From Podarcis tiliguerta (lineage: Eukaryota), in NCBI GenBank assembly GCA_965153285.1, contig OZ229110.1: a stretch of 64,000 bases of DNA. The stretch is one strand, 5' to 3'. Positions 1 through 12,853 of the stretch are shown here, piece by piece. The position numbers and the translations under genes were made by a program. Each line of letters starts with the position of its first letter. Position 1 is the stretch's first letter. Under the pieces are notes generated by a model. It saw nothing but the letters and a program-made list of their open reading frames with translations. It made no database searches and had not been told where the DNA came from.

Positions 1-478
1 TGTAGAGTCACAGACTCCCCACATCTGCCATCCTGGGTGCATTGCCCCATTCTGCAGCAAAACCAAGGGCATCCCAAACATCAGCTAGGCCACATTCTAC
101 TAAGGCATAGAGAGGCATTTCAAAACGTTATGGCCAGTGGCCTATACAAATACAAGACTTTCAACCTCTCAGGCTCAGAGTATGGCCTAAGGACAATGTC
201 AGACAAGGTTCAATGGCCTCTGAGTGGTATGCATTAGATATAAGTGTGATAAGTCACTCTTACTATATTTGCCAGTGGCCACATTTTGCTGTCCTGCAGC
301 TAACTCACATTTTGCAATTCAAACTTTTAACTCTTTCGTCCATTGGAGAAGCTGTAATGTTGTTCTCCAGCAGTTTCCTGTAATTTAATGAAAGAGCGTC
401 ATGCAGTATTTGCATATTGACAGATTTATAGAAAAACCTATTAACCTAAGTAGCTGAGCAAGTACTAGAACAATTCCA

Positions 479-496
479 GTACCTTTGACCTACATT
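479..496 (-). promoter_or_regulatory. Candidate PPAR response element (DR1)
   Basis: Minus strand AATGT-AGGTCA-A-AGGTAC, about 2 kb upstream of the CPT1A promoter. Confidence 0.5.
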
Positions 497-564
497 CTTG
501 AGCAAGCGCGACAGTTCAGTTAATGCCAATCTACTTTCCAAACAGGTCATTCATTACAAGGTAC

Positions 565-578
565 GTTGCTATGGCGAC
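565..578. promoter_or_regulatory. RFX X-box
   Basis: GTTGCTATGGCGAC vs consensus GTTGCCATGGCAAC. Confidence 0.45.
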
Positions 579-2297
579 ATCCTAATTCTGAACTGTAACT
601 GCCTGTTGCAAATAGGAAAATAGGTTTAATATATAATAAATTATTGTGAGGGTTATACTAGCTAGGCAAAATAAAAGCTCACTTGCTCATAAGAGCTAAT
701 AAACTTGATTTCATTTTCTAGAAACATGTAAACTGTGAAGTCACCCAAGGTGAAATGTCTATCCATGGTACATTGAATTGATTCTTGTATTGTGGGCAAT
801 TAAACTAGTTCAAGGACAGAGAAGCCTATGAGTTGGCCCTCAGCCATGGTGTTAATATGGGGTCCACTTCAGTCAGCTCTCTCACGCCATGCCTCCCCTC
901 CTCACCTGTGTGATTCTGGTTGTGGAATGTGGTGTTCTCCAGAAAACTAAAATTCCTCAAAATATTCTCAGCCACCTCAGAGCAAAAGACAGCTCTTAGA
1001 GCAGGACCAGAGAGCCCCAACCCCTCACAGGGGAAGACGTCCCAACTATCTCCTCCAAACCAACAAACCACCCCTACAATCTAGAGTGTTGGTCCAGAAT
1101 CTGGGAGACGATGGTTCAAATGCCCCAATGTTTTGGATTACAACTCCCATCCATCCTAGTCAAGCCAGTCCAATGCTGACTGGGGCTGATAGGATATGCA
1201 CTCCCAAAGATCTAGAAGAGCATTGTAGATCTCTATCACACAACACAGATCTACCTTTTGCAGGGGCTGTGAATGGGCCCATAGCTATGGTACTAATGTG
1301 GGGTTTGCTTCAGTCCCATTTCACTATTTTACTCAACCCACAAATGACAGGCAAACCCTGTACTTTGAAGTTACAAATCCGCATTCCATGACAATAGTTT
1401 CTACTACACTTTTCAACAGAGAGGCATCAGAAGCATTTGTCTTCCTTCTGAGGACAATGGTTCACCCAGCCTCTAATCCAGACTGTGTCATGCCCTCATT
1501 GTATTTGACGGTCACAGGCGATCCCTAAACGGAGGTCCCTAAATGTAATTTAAGGATCGCATTTCAGGGCTCTTATTATTTAAAGTACAAAGAAGTTTTC
1601 ATATACGTAGAGGATCCAGGTGGGTTCTCATTCCATCCATCTGGCTATAATGGTTTAATCACTGCTCTTCTGCTGCAAGCTACAAAAATCGCAATAGTAC
1701 TTTCTACACTGGGGGGGTTAAGATTGCTTTGTGCATGTATGTTATCCTGCCTTACTAGCATGACACAATTAAGCGTGGCATGTCTGAGCAGCATTCGGGG
1801 AAAGCAGTTCTCCTCCTCAGCCCCGCGAAAGGCATCATTTTCTGGAGTGCCCAGCTTGGGTGGAGGCCCAGAGCCTTTCTCCCGTGTCAAGGCCGGCAGC
1901 TCGCTGCCTTTCCATACCGAAGCCTCCTCGCCAGGCCCAGGAGCGCCACGCGCCACGATTCCGTTCCCGGGGCTTTGAGTAGAGGTACTGGGACTGTGGG
2001 ACTGTGTCTCTTCCTCCGCGGGGAGAGAAAAGGGGCTTGGAAAGCCCGTCCTCTCTTCCCTGGGACTACCAGTACTGCAGGCGCGCTCCGGCATGAGAAA
2101 GAGGGAGCCCTCCTCTCTCCTTCCAAACCCAAAAGAGCCCTGCTTTCTTTCTTTCGGAGGCGCGCGCGAGGGCAGAGGCCGCCTCCCTCCTCCCCCCTCT
2201 CCACCTCAGCTCCTCCGAGCTCCGCCCCGCTGCTGCCTTCGCCCTGCCCGAACGCGCCCCTGCCGCGCCTCCTCCTCCGGCTTCGCACTTTGCGCCC

Positions 2298-2320
2298 GCT
2301 GCTGCTGCTGCTGCTGCTGC
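2298..2320. repeat. (GCT)7 trinucleotide repeat in CPT1A promoter
   Basis: Read directly. Confidence 0.95.
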
Positions 2321-2429
2321 CTCCTCCTTCCCCGCCCAGTCACCCCGGAGCGGCAATTCCCGTTTCTCGGCCCCGGCCCCGCCCTTCTCCTGGCAGCTCG
2401 GCCAATCCGGACCCAGCCGGTAGCAGCAG

Positions 2430-2564
2430 CGGCGGTGGCAGCGGCGGCGCTCCAGGGTGCTGCACTGCGCGCGGGCTTCCCTCGCGCACTCTTGTGCGCT
2501 CTCTCTCCGTCTCCTCACAGCCGCCTGCGAGGAGGCGCCCCTTTCCCTCCTCGCCGGATAGCCC
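2430..2564 (+). other. CPT1A: CPT1A non-coding exon 1 (5' end approximate)
   Basis: GTAAGT donor at 2565 inside the CpG island, downstream of CCAAT/GC boxes; mammalian CPT1A also has a non-coding first exon. Confidence 0.65.
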
Positions 2565-5500
2565 GTAAGTTGAGTCTTTCTGCCCCCCCCGCCCCACCCG
2601 CGGTTGGTGTCTTTCGGTTCTCTCCCGCTCGTTTAGGGTGGGTGGCCCCGCGCACATCTAGAGGAGCACGCGGGGCCCGGAGGGGGCGGCGATACTGGGG
2701 CGGGGGGTGCCCGGGGGTTCCCGTGCCCCGGGGTGCTCCGCTCGCCGTCTGAGGGACTGTCTAGTTGAGAGAGACGGCGTGCGCGAGAGAGTCCCTTCCC
2801 ACGTGAGCGCCTTCCTCTTCCGCGGCTCCCTGGCGCTTAGCGGAGGAAGGACATCCCAGGGTGGGGAGCAACTTGGCTCCTGTGTGTGCAAGAGGGGCCA
2901 TTGGAGAATCGCGGTTTATAATCTTCCTTCCGTTAATGCAGCAAGCTGCCTAACGGAGCACGATTCTTTGCTCCCCTTGAGCTCATCGAGCCCTGTCAAA
3001 GATTAGGAAACGGAAATTTAGACTGAAGTTTTGCGTGGTCCACCCTTAACTTGGAGGCAAGCCCAGCTGAACACAGCAGGACTTCTGATTGCTTCAGATT
3101 GTGCTATTAAAATACTATTTTTCCTTCCAGCTTTTACTTGAAGTTAGCTGGTATCTTGCATTGGAGTGAAACCTTTTCCCACTAAGTAAGAACTACTGAG
3201 CAAACAGTGCTCCGTTGTAGTCTCTTAAAGACCAGGTTGCTCACAATATGGTCTTCTCTGAGGAGTGGCTGACAACATATAATAAACAAATGTTGTCTCA
3301 CCTTGACAGGAGATTATACCCTTGGATATTATCAATGACATACAGTGATGTACAAACATTGGGGAGGGGGGTTGGCAGCTCTATACAATACAAATAGTGG
3401 AAAAAATGAACTGGTTGCACCTCTTGAGAACATTGATTTCAGCGATGAGTTGACAGCAGTGGGGGTGTATTTTGGAATTTGGTAAATAATACATAATCTT
3501 TGGACATTGTGTACAGGTAAACCTATCCCTATAAACCACTAATGCTGTAATTCTGGAGCCTGCAGCTGTGCATATTGCCAAGAATCTGAGCCTTGCAGGA
3601 ACTTGTAGACCTTCATTTAATACTGAGGAAACACAGGGCATTATGCAAACTTTGGTTTTAAGGAAGCTTTTGTTTTAATATGAATTTCTCATAATAATGG
3701 CTGAGCTTATGTCTTGGCTACTGCTTAGAGAAGATTATGATGGCTTCTTAGTGGGCTCTTGTGAGGAATTTCTAAACATTTTCTTTTAAAATCATTTACT
3801 GCACCAACCCCCTGACCATGGCCCTATACATTTGGGATAAATTGCCGTGAGCAATGTGGTAGTTCTAGTATAACTAGAATATCTGGGTGAGGTAGTATAA
3901 GGATCCTGTTTCTCACACCTTTAAATGGAAAGTGTCTCCAATATTAGCTGCAAGCATGTAATCGATTCTTCACATAGCTGCAGATTAGGAATAGTCTTAG
4001 TATGGACAAAATAAAAAGAAGTTATTGTGGTGTTAACACATGTGCAGTGCCACCAAATGTGTATTAAGCCAAGTGCTCATTCCTGCTTATTAATGCTTGA
4101 GATTTCTGTGACTTGGCCACATCACTTCTGCAACAGAGGAGCCAATGACCATCTTAGCATGGGGTTTTGAAAGTCCTGAAACACTTCATTCTAATATAGG
4201 GCAGGTGGAAGCTTACACATTGGATCTTCCCATTCTGTGCAAAAACCAGACTTGAAAACTGTGGAATGTCAACAGTGCTGAATTCAAGGCAGGGGAGATT
4301 TGAAGGCGGCAGCAGCAGGAGCGGCCCATGCATGAGGCGAAGTGAAACCATTTGCCTCAGGCGGCAGATCCAACCCCCTCCCTGCCCCCACGGATGCGCC
4401 ACTGCCAGTCCCACTACAGCTACCCACACCACTGGCACAGCACCATTGTCTGCTGTGCCCTTGCCACTGCATTGTGGAGGCAGTGTGGGCAAAGTCGCAG
4501 GTGAGAGTACAGTTGCAGTGGTGGGGATGGAGTGGGGATCCGGAGGTGGGGGGGGCGGGCGTTGGGGTGCTGTCAGGATGTTTGCCTACGGTAGCAAAAT
4601 ATCTCAGGCTGGCACTGATCAGAGGTGGGGGGGGCGGGTGGGGTTTTAGCCTTCCACGTATTCGGCTAGACATAAATGCACACTTGGCATAGGGAGGCTG
4701 GGGGCCATAACAATGAAGCATTTGAAAAGCGGGGGCATCTCGTGAATGCATTGTGTTTTAAGAAGGGTAGGCAGCACTTTATGTTGTTCCCAAAGTTGAG
4801 TGGTGGATGCCCAAAGTGCATGATGCTGAGAGAGAAAGAATAGTAAAAATAAGCCTAGATGTTACAAGAAACCTCACAGAAAAGGTTTTCATGCTTTTCT
4901 CTTCCATCCACAATGGGAGTCTCATTGAACTTTGTAGGTCTTTGAGTGAACATGCATAGGATTGTGCTATACGAATTTTTAATCCTATGCAAAGTTATGT
5001 GGATGTATGTCCTTCTGAAAGCCCTGGGACCTAGAATAGTATTCGGTTGCAGCACAGGGATAATCAAGAAATGAGCAGCACAAGAGAGAGAAGTGTATCC
5101 TGTTCTCTCACTCCCTGCACCCCATATTGTATATCCATGTTGTACTTTTATAAATCTGAGGGTTGAATTTGCTGCCGGGTTAGCTTGTGTTTAAGAAAGC
5201 ACTGAATTTTAGTCGTACTGTGAATTTCCTTTTGTATGTGTGAGCCATTCAAAGTGCTTTGTCGTTTTCTTGGGACATTGATGGTGCTTCCCATTTCTAA
5301 GAATTGGGATGTTGAAACAGAATCAAGGCTAGAGCGTGAAAGGCAAGCGGAGCTTTTGTAGTTTGGTGGTGTGTTGTGTGCATCAGCGTAACCTTTTGCC
5401 TACTTTTCTGAGTCCGTCATGTGATCTTTCTTTGCTGTGGAGGAAGGGCGGGGTTTCAAGAAGTACGCTGCTTTGCAGAAGTGCCTTTCAGATGACATAT

Positions 5501-7924
5501 TGCATGACTCCATAAAATTAAATCACCAGGGCCTAATAAAACGGGGGGTGGGGATGAGAGGCCGGACTGAAGAAAAGGCACAAGAAGGCACTATTTTGGG
5601 AACTCGTTGTAGGTCAAGTATGTTTTCTTGCGTTGCTAGAAACGGAAATACTGTAGTAGACGCTGTCTTCCTGCTTGCAGTATTGCTTCTGGAAAATACT
5701 CAGTTGTACAAAAGCAAAAGTAGCAGCGTGCCCTTGTTGTTGTAGATAAGTCGTCTTCACTGCCAGCTCCAAGGATCTGGGGACATATTTCATGGAAGTC
5801 AGTTATTTTCCTTTAAATAACCTTTTTATAAAATTGGGTGTTCTGATATTTGACAGTAAAGTTTAGTTCTAGACATATTTCTATCTCCTGTTAGACTTCC
5901 ACATGGGTTGCCATATTCCTCTGTTGTAGCCGATACAAGCAAGAGTTTGTGCTCCCTTAGAGATTAACCAATTATGTCACAATACATTTGTTAGACTTGA
6001 ATGTGTTTTGTGCTTGTTAGATTTGTTCGTCCAGTAAATTAATCAGTGTGCCTGTCATCCTTGGCATGATACCCATGGTTTCTCGCCCTTTTTGTTCCTT
6101 TTGGTGTAACATAATAATTATGTTGAGTACTTGGGAAACACAGTTCAATCTTTTACAAAATGAGGCTATTTAAATATAGAGAATAACTGTTGATTTTTTC
6201 TGTTTATTGGAGAATTCTGTAAACCAGTGAAAGGAACTCATAAAAAGTTAAATAACCAAAGTGGTTTGGTGCGTGATCAACTCTGTCATTCTTTCTGCTA
6301 TCTCTTTCTTTGCATATCTGAAACTTGAGAAATATTTGCAGTGGTCTCTTAAGAATTATGTGCATACACCCAAAGTTGTAAAGCCAAAGTTCTCTTCCTT
6401 TATTCTCAAGTGGAATATTTATAAGTGAAGGAGAAATCTGAGGAAAACTGCTTTGAAATGCAATTGAAATTACTACTGTCTATAGTGAAGTTAAAAACAA
6501 ACACAACTTACTTTTCAGCATGTCCTGCAGACGATAAACCCCGTTTCTATTACAACAAGGAAGCGGTGGTCCCATTGTCTTATTCTGAAAATTATTAACT
6601 GCTTTTATGAGTAATCTAATGTGATAGCATTTTCATTACTGGATCTTGTGTGTGCATTCTGACCTATAGCCAGTTCATACCTTAATGAAATGGGTGTTGC
6701 ATTTACATGGCTGCTTCCCATGTATTCGTGGTAATGTATGTAATGGGGAAACTGTACTCCAAGTGGTTCTGACATTGGAGGCAACAATAGACACCTTCAG
6801 TGTGGTTTCACTGTTAACATATGGGGCAGCAACCACACTGAAGCAGTAATTGTTAACTAATGTCTGTTCTTTCTAAGGAACACATAGATAATAGATAATT
6901 CTTTATGACCACTACTCTTACAGTAATTTGACAATGCTCAGTATCAGGAGTACACTTCTTATCTAGATTTTATGATTCGCCCCATGGAGAAATACCAGTT
7001 CTAATCAAGGCAAGAAATTTGTAACCTCAAGGAGCATTAAGAACCTTGCTGTTACCAGCATGCCTGTGGTGGGAGAGGCCAGCTGACTTAAAGTGGGGAG
7101 CCTCTCTGCTTTCTCTAGTCATGCCCTGAACCCCTTAGTCTTAGCCACCTTCTCTGGGATGGGTATTACTAATACCAGCATGTCACTTGTGAGTTGCAGA
7201 CAGCATTCTGTACCAGTTTGGTGCAAAGGATCTTGGGGCATGCCACATTGATTATGTTGCCCCCATACAGGTTATGGTGCAGATTTCGGAAAGGAGAACA
7301 GCATCTCGGCATACTCATATGGCTTTGCATTAAAATATACTTGTACTTTCATTAAAAGAAACAACCGGTTGTTCTAGGTTTGAGTAAAGCCTATTGATCT
7401 ATTAACCTTTTAATGTTTATTGCAGGTTATGATAAAAACAGGGTGCCTTCAAAGAGTTGCTTACCTTTAGACTATTGATGGGAAAGCGCAAGTGAACTTG
7501 CACAGCTGTCAGTGACGTTGTCCTTGGCTGACCTGCTGTTTTGTACTACTTTGTTTTCCTTGCCACGTAGGGTTTCAGCTTGTCCGTTGGCTCATGATGT
7601 GACTTGCAGATGCTGTGTAGCTACGTTGAGAATCTGAGTTTAGTTCTCTGACATTGGCATATAATGTGCTTCATTCCAGAAAAGCACACACAATATTTCT
7701 AGAGTTCCAAGCCATAGATTAGTTTCCAGTAACTCTCTACTCATTTTCCTTCTCTAGCTTGTGCAAGCCTTTTCAGGCTGACATTCTTCTCTACTGTGTT
7801 TCTTTGTAGTCATGGTAGTACCTCTTTTGGGGGAAGCGTTGTGCTTTTTCTTGGATACTTTGTCCATCTTTCATCCCAATCCACTCAGCTCTCACCTGTG
7901 GCTTCTATAGGCTGTTAGCATGTG

Positions 7925-8590
7925 ACAGTGGCCAAACACCAGGAATCGGTTCAACTAGCCGGCTAAGTCAGGTGAGGGTAGCTGATGGGTCTTAAACCCT
8001 TGATGAGTTAGAGCAGCAGTTCTCAACCTGTGGGTCCCCAGATGTTTTTGGACTACAACTCCCATCATCCCTGAGCTCTGGCCTTGCTAGCTAGGGGTGA
8101 TGGGAGTTGTAGTTCAACAACATCTGGGGACCAACAGGTTGAGAAAGGCTGAGTTAGAGACTTCCCTTGCATTTGAAGACAGGCTCCAGTGGATTGAGCA
8201 GATGAGACCAATAGTGGGGCCAGTGGAAGAAGGCAGTCTTCACATTCTGTAGAGGAAAGTGAGGGGCAGATGCGGCTTGTCCACCTGGGAAGATAGCCCA
8301 TTTGGAGAAGAAAACACTAATTCAGAGTGGAGTCCCTAAGACAGTGGGATGGTCCTGTGTACACCTTCTGGAAAATGCTGCAGCAAGGCTGGTGCCAAAT
8401 GTGTTGATCTTTGGACCACATCAACGAGGCTGAGGGCAGGGGTCTTGTCATCTGGGCAGCTGAGAACCTCCATACACACTGGCCAGGCTTGTGCCCCAGA
8501 GAGGTCACTTGGGTGCTGCTAACACAGTGGTTTCACTTCATTCTCAGAGGTGCACTCCATTGTCTCTCGAGACAGGTGGATGCCAACAAC
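7925..8590 (+). mobile_element. Probable non-LTR (RTE-related) retroelement remnant, interrupted by a MITE
   Basis: Ends ctccattgtctctcgagacaggtggatgccaacaac with a CAA tail; family call from memory, boundaries approximate. Confidence 0.4.
8014..8151. mobile_element. Palindromic hAT MITE
   Basis: CAG...CTG termini, whole element an inverted repeat, perfect 8-bp TSD AGTTAGAG (8006-8013, 8152-8159). Confidence 0.9.
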
Positions 8591-9346
8591 ATTGCTCCTT
8601 CTCCCATTTTATTTCTTTCTAGTTGAAGGCTTCTAGTTCTTAGAATGTGCCTTAGTAAATGTGACCACCTTCCTCATACTTGTGATCAGGCTACATCCAT
8701 CTTTGATCTTATCCAATTATTTTTATTTTCCTTTTAGCTAGTTCACTTTACGCCACACTTGGCTGAGGACCACAGCCTTAACAAGTGCCATGAAGGTGGG
8801 AAAACTTCTGGTAAAATTAACCAGAACTTCCCACCCTAGGATATTAGGATTTTGATACTATGTTCAACTTATACGTTTAAACTATTTCTAGACTGGCAGT
8901 TATTTAACATTGTTTTAAAACAGTGTCAAAATATACAAAACCAATATAAACATAGCCATTGCGTTGCCACTAAACGAAACATGCTATTTCCCCATGAAAA
9001 TACTAAAACATTTTCTACCATCTACTCTGCTTTTTTCTAAATGGTGCTTGTATTATTTTAGGGGTACTGAATGTCAGGCCTGGGGTTTAAATGCAGCCCT
9101 CCAGGCCTCTCTGTGCATCTCTTGGCAATCTCCCTAGACCATACTCCTCACTTGCCCTGCTCAGCAACCTCCTAAGGTGTTTTTGCCTGGTTTGATTGTG
9201 TCTTTGAACTGTGACAAGGCCTTTTTTTTTGTTTTGCTGAAGAGAGGTGGTGTTTTTGTGCAGAAACACCCAACTTTCGTATGATTCAACTGTTGCTCTG
9301 ACCACACCCACCACAGGTGTGCAACCTCTTGAAAGTTGCCCTTGAG

Positions 9347-9482
9347 AAGGCTTCCTCAAACTCTGCCCTCCAGATGTTTTTGGCCTACAACTCCCATGAT
9401 CCCTAGCTAGCAGGACCAGTGGTCAGGGATGATGGGAATTGTAGTCTCAAAACATCTGGAGGGCCAAGTTTGAGGAAGCCTG
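9347..9482. mobile_element. Palindromic hAT MITE (same family type)
   Basis: Inverted-repeat body with CTACAACTCCCA core; TSD cccttgag/tccttgag. Confidence 0.85.
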
Positions 9483-9756
9483 TCCTTGAGGAAATGTGGC
9501 TCTCCACTTCTGCATTATTTGAATGCATTACTGGTCTTTTCCTATTGTTTGAGTCCTTGTTGCCCTGAATTTTGCAAACACTGCAGGCACTTAGATCAGC
9601 AGAATGTAATAACGGATCCAAAACTGCAGGGAATCTTCTGATTTTCCTAGCCCAAGGTCAGTGACTGGATGCCTAAATCCACAGGGAGAAAGCAGTTCCT
9701 TGGCAGTGGAGTGAAATGGCACAGTAATGGACTTCACCCTGTTCTCTAATGGAATA

Positions 9757-10010
9757 CAGTGGTACCTCTGTTTGCGAACGGGATCTGTTCCGGAGGCCCG
9801 TTCGCAACATAAAAAGAGCGCAACCCGCAGCGGCGTATCTGCGCACGCGCGGGTTGCGATTTGCCGCTTCTGCGCATGACGTCATTTTGCACGTCTGTGC
9901 ATGCGCGAGCGGCGAAACCCGGAAGTAACCCTCTCCAGTACTTCCGGGTCGTCGTGGGACGTAACCTGAAAGAACGTAACATGAAGTGGACGTAACATGA
10001 GGTATGACTG
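9757..10010. mobile_element. Tc1/mariner-pogo (Tigger-like) MITE, CpG-intact
   Basis: TA|CAGTGGTACCTC...GAGGTATGACTG|TA. Confidence 0.88.
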
Positions 10011-10848
10011 TAGTTCTAGTTTTCTAGATCTGATGCTATATAAAAGCTTCATTAAGCACAAAACCTTGGCATCAGTTTGGAGGGAAACCAAAATTCTGGG
10101 GTTATAAGTTAATGAAGCTGCTATAAAATACATAGCTTTCTAATGTCTCATGTACTAAAGTCTTCAGAAGGGCTAGATGTTCAGTATGGATCAGGGGCAT
10201 GTTGGGTTAAAAGATAGCCATCATTGTTGGTAGCAGAATTGTAATCAATATATGTATTTACATATATTAACAGAGATTGGACATTTTGCTTCTTACAGAT
10301 ATGAAATCTGTTCTGTTTCATATTCCTGACTGTGTGCTTTTTTTTGTATGTTGTGTTTTGTTACAGGTCAGTAAAAAATAACTAATACTGCTATTAGCAG
10401 TAACTACTTCTCTTTAAATCATTTTTACTTGATACTGCAACACATATTGAATTGCTCCTTTGATCAGCTGAGACAGTGGAATAGTTACATCCATTCCTTC
10501 TGAGAACACATTGTGCTAGTTTCCCCTAAAGCATATTGGTATGACTACAGAGGAAATCTTTCAGATGTAGCACAGATGCTGTTGGCATTGAGAACTTGGG
10601 AGAACTATGCTAAGTGGAGAGATTGTCTCAAGCCTTGTGTGTGTGTGTTGTGTAGTGTTTGTGTGTGTAAATCTTTACTCTTCCTTTAGCAAAGCCTGGC
10701 CAAGGGTACTTTGCCAAATGACACGCCGGCAACCCAAATAAAAGCTTCCTCATCTTTTCGTTTGCGTAATTTTGTAAAGCTTTTCCTTTCCCTGCAGTAG
10801 TGATCTGCATTTCCCCCCCTGCATAAACGCACATGCTCTGTAGTGCCG

Positions 10849-10865
10849 TGCCCTTTCACCCACTT
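10849..10865 (-). promoter_or_regulatory. Candidate intronic PPRE (DR1)
   Basis: Minus strand AAGT-GGGTGA-A-AGGGCA; a second DR1 AGGGCA-A-AGGTAA at 11117-11129. Confidence 0.5.
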
Positions 10866-11627
10866 TTCTGAGCAAACATGTGACTGCTTTAGAAATGTGG
10901 AGGCGGGGAAAAGTGCTGTACAGCAGACTATTTAAAAAATCTCATTTAGAAAGGGGGAGAATAATCTTAAAAGAGAAATGATAGTTCAGGGTTTCTTTAA
11001 TACTCAGCTGTCTGCTTATAATACTAAATAATATTTTATTATTTAAGGGAGGGAAACTACAAACTCGTGTAAGTGAAGTGTTAGTGACACTGCTAGGGCT
11101 GAAGGCTTATCCATACTTACCTTTGCCCTGTACTGTTCTTTCCAGGCACAGGTCTGTACTTTAAAGCTACTGTATATGTTGTTTTTTCCACCCTGCAGCT
11201 TCCCCTGCAAAAACCCACTCTTTAAAGCTGAAGCACAACAAACAACAATTTGGGTTTTGCACAGATTGCCATTTGCTCCGATTCAGCGGTAAAGTGTGGG
11301 TTTTCTCTAGGAAAGCTACAGAGCACAGTGTGGATAAGCCCACTGCCATATCCTTTAAATTTCATTTGTTTTAGGCTTCATCAGAGTAGCATTTTGACCT
11401 CTCATATTTGTCCATGAGTGCAGAGCAGTGGTTCCCAATTTGCGAAATACTGTGGATGCCCTGTTTTCCAAAAGCCAAGCTATGGACTCCCTACTTGTGA
11501 GAATTTTGATATCTCTGTAGTAGTTTTCGTTATGTGAATTGTGCAGTGGAACCTCTGGGTGGGTTACGTAGAATCCCTGGGGGTCTGTAGACCTTAAGTT
11601 GATAATAACTGGTGCAGAGAAATAATA

Positions 11628-11850
11628 CAGTGGTACCTCGGGTTACATACGCTTCAGGTTACAGACTCCGCTAACCCAGAAATATTACCTCGGGTTAAGA
11701 ACTTTGCTTCAGGATGAGAACAGAAATCGTGCAGTGGCGGCGCAGCAGCAGGAGGCCCCGTTAGCTAAAGTGGTGCTTCAGGTTAAGAACAGTTTCAGGT
11801 TAAGAACGGACCTCTGGAATGAATTAAGTTCTTAACCCGAGGAACCACTG
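11628..11850. mobile_element. Tigger-like MITE
   Basis: TA|CAGTGGTACCTCGGGTTA...TAACCCGAGGAACCACTG|TA; second copy at 41212. Confidence 0.9.
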
Positions 11851-12716
11851 TATTTAGTGAGCATTTTCTTTGGGAATTCATGTGGTGGAAAGGAAAAAGC
11901 ATTCAGTTATAAAATTTAGAGGGGCGGGGGAGGGTAGAGCTAGTTTTCAACATCAGTGTCTGAGACCCTAGTTTTCTCTTTACATGAAATACAATTAACT
12001 CTAATTTTCATGCAACTATTCATATATCTTGCCTAGAATTCATTGCTTAAGAAGTTAGAAATGAGAATCAAACCAGCCACTAAGAACACAGGAAGCTGTC
12101 TCATAGCAGATCAGAATATTTGCCCATCTAGAGCAATTTTGCCTACTCACGAAGCAGCTCTTGAAGATTTTGGACAGGCGTTTTGCAATCAACTGCTACT
12201 GGATAATTTTAACTGGAGATCCTAGTTTTGCATGCAAAGCCACAAGCTCTGCTACAAAGCTCTGGGCCCTCCTCCACCGGGGAAGGAAGCAGCTCTCATT
12301 CTGCCAGTGAACAATAATGTTGTCACAGATCTTGTTAAGAGCCTGATGTAGAAATGGAAGCTTCCATTTAAACTTGTATCATGCTTGACTACTGCAAAGA
12401 ATGTTGAAGTCCTGTATTCATTATAAGAGGAGGTGTTTAGTCCCCAACTATTTTTCATTTGTTTCATTTGCCCAGTGGCATATACATGCGCTTCCAGGGT
12501 TAACACTGACAGCAAATATGATAAAGTTGTCTTCTGCACCGTCATTTCATTCTTGTGTCTTCCTTTTAAAGCCAATCTTCCCTTAATCCCCTGTCACTCT
12601 TTCCTGGCTATATACTAGTCCCATCCCCAACCTGTGACTTGGTCTGTGGCTAATGTTGTATTGCTACATGAAGATTAGCTTTATCTATGCACATTTGTTT
12701 TAAATAAAGCTGTAGG

Positions 12717-12853
12717 TCAGTTGTGGGAAGCCTTTAGCACATGTTGTTGGACTACAACTCCCAACGTGCCTCACCATTGGCCATACTGAGTGGGTCTGAT
12801 GGGGAGCTGGAAGTCCAAAATCATCTAGAGGCCTACAGGTTTCCTTACCCCTG
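12717..12853. mobile_element. Degenerate palindromic hAT MITE
   Basis: ACTACAACTCCCA...gggagctggaagtcc core. Confidence 0.6.

Larger units (their letters stand above)
1890..2960. promoter_or_regulatory. CPT1A CpG-island promoter (TATA-less)
   Basis: Sharp GC/CpG enrichment; GC boxes (CCCCGCCC at ~2376), CCAAT box at 2402, donor CCC|GTAAGT at 2565. Confidence 0.88.

Noticed and set aside
1-1640. Exons of an upstream neighbour gene (MRPL21 in human)
   Set aside because: No recognisable coding sequence or consistent splice sites found
1645-3006. Many long overlapping ORFs (up to 262 aa) on both strands
   Set aside because: Low-complexity Pro/Ala/Gly/Arg products expected from stop-poor CpG-island DNA; no recognisable domain
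4150-4750. GC-rich patch with several 110-155 aa ORFs in intron 1
   Set aside because: No domain or splice support; probably a degraded repeat that I cannot classify
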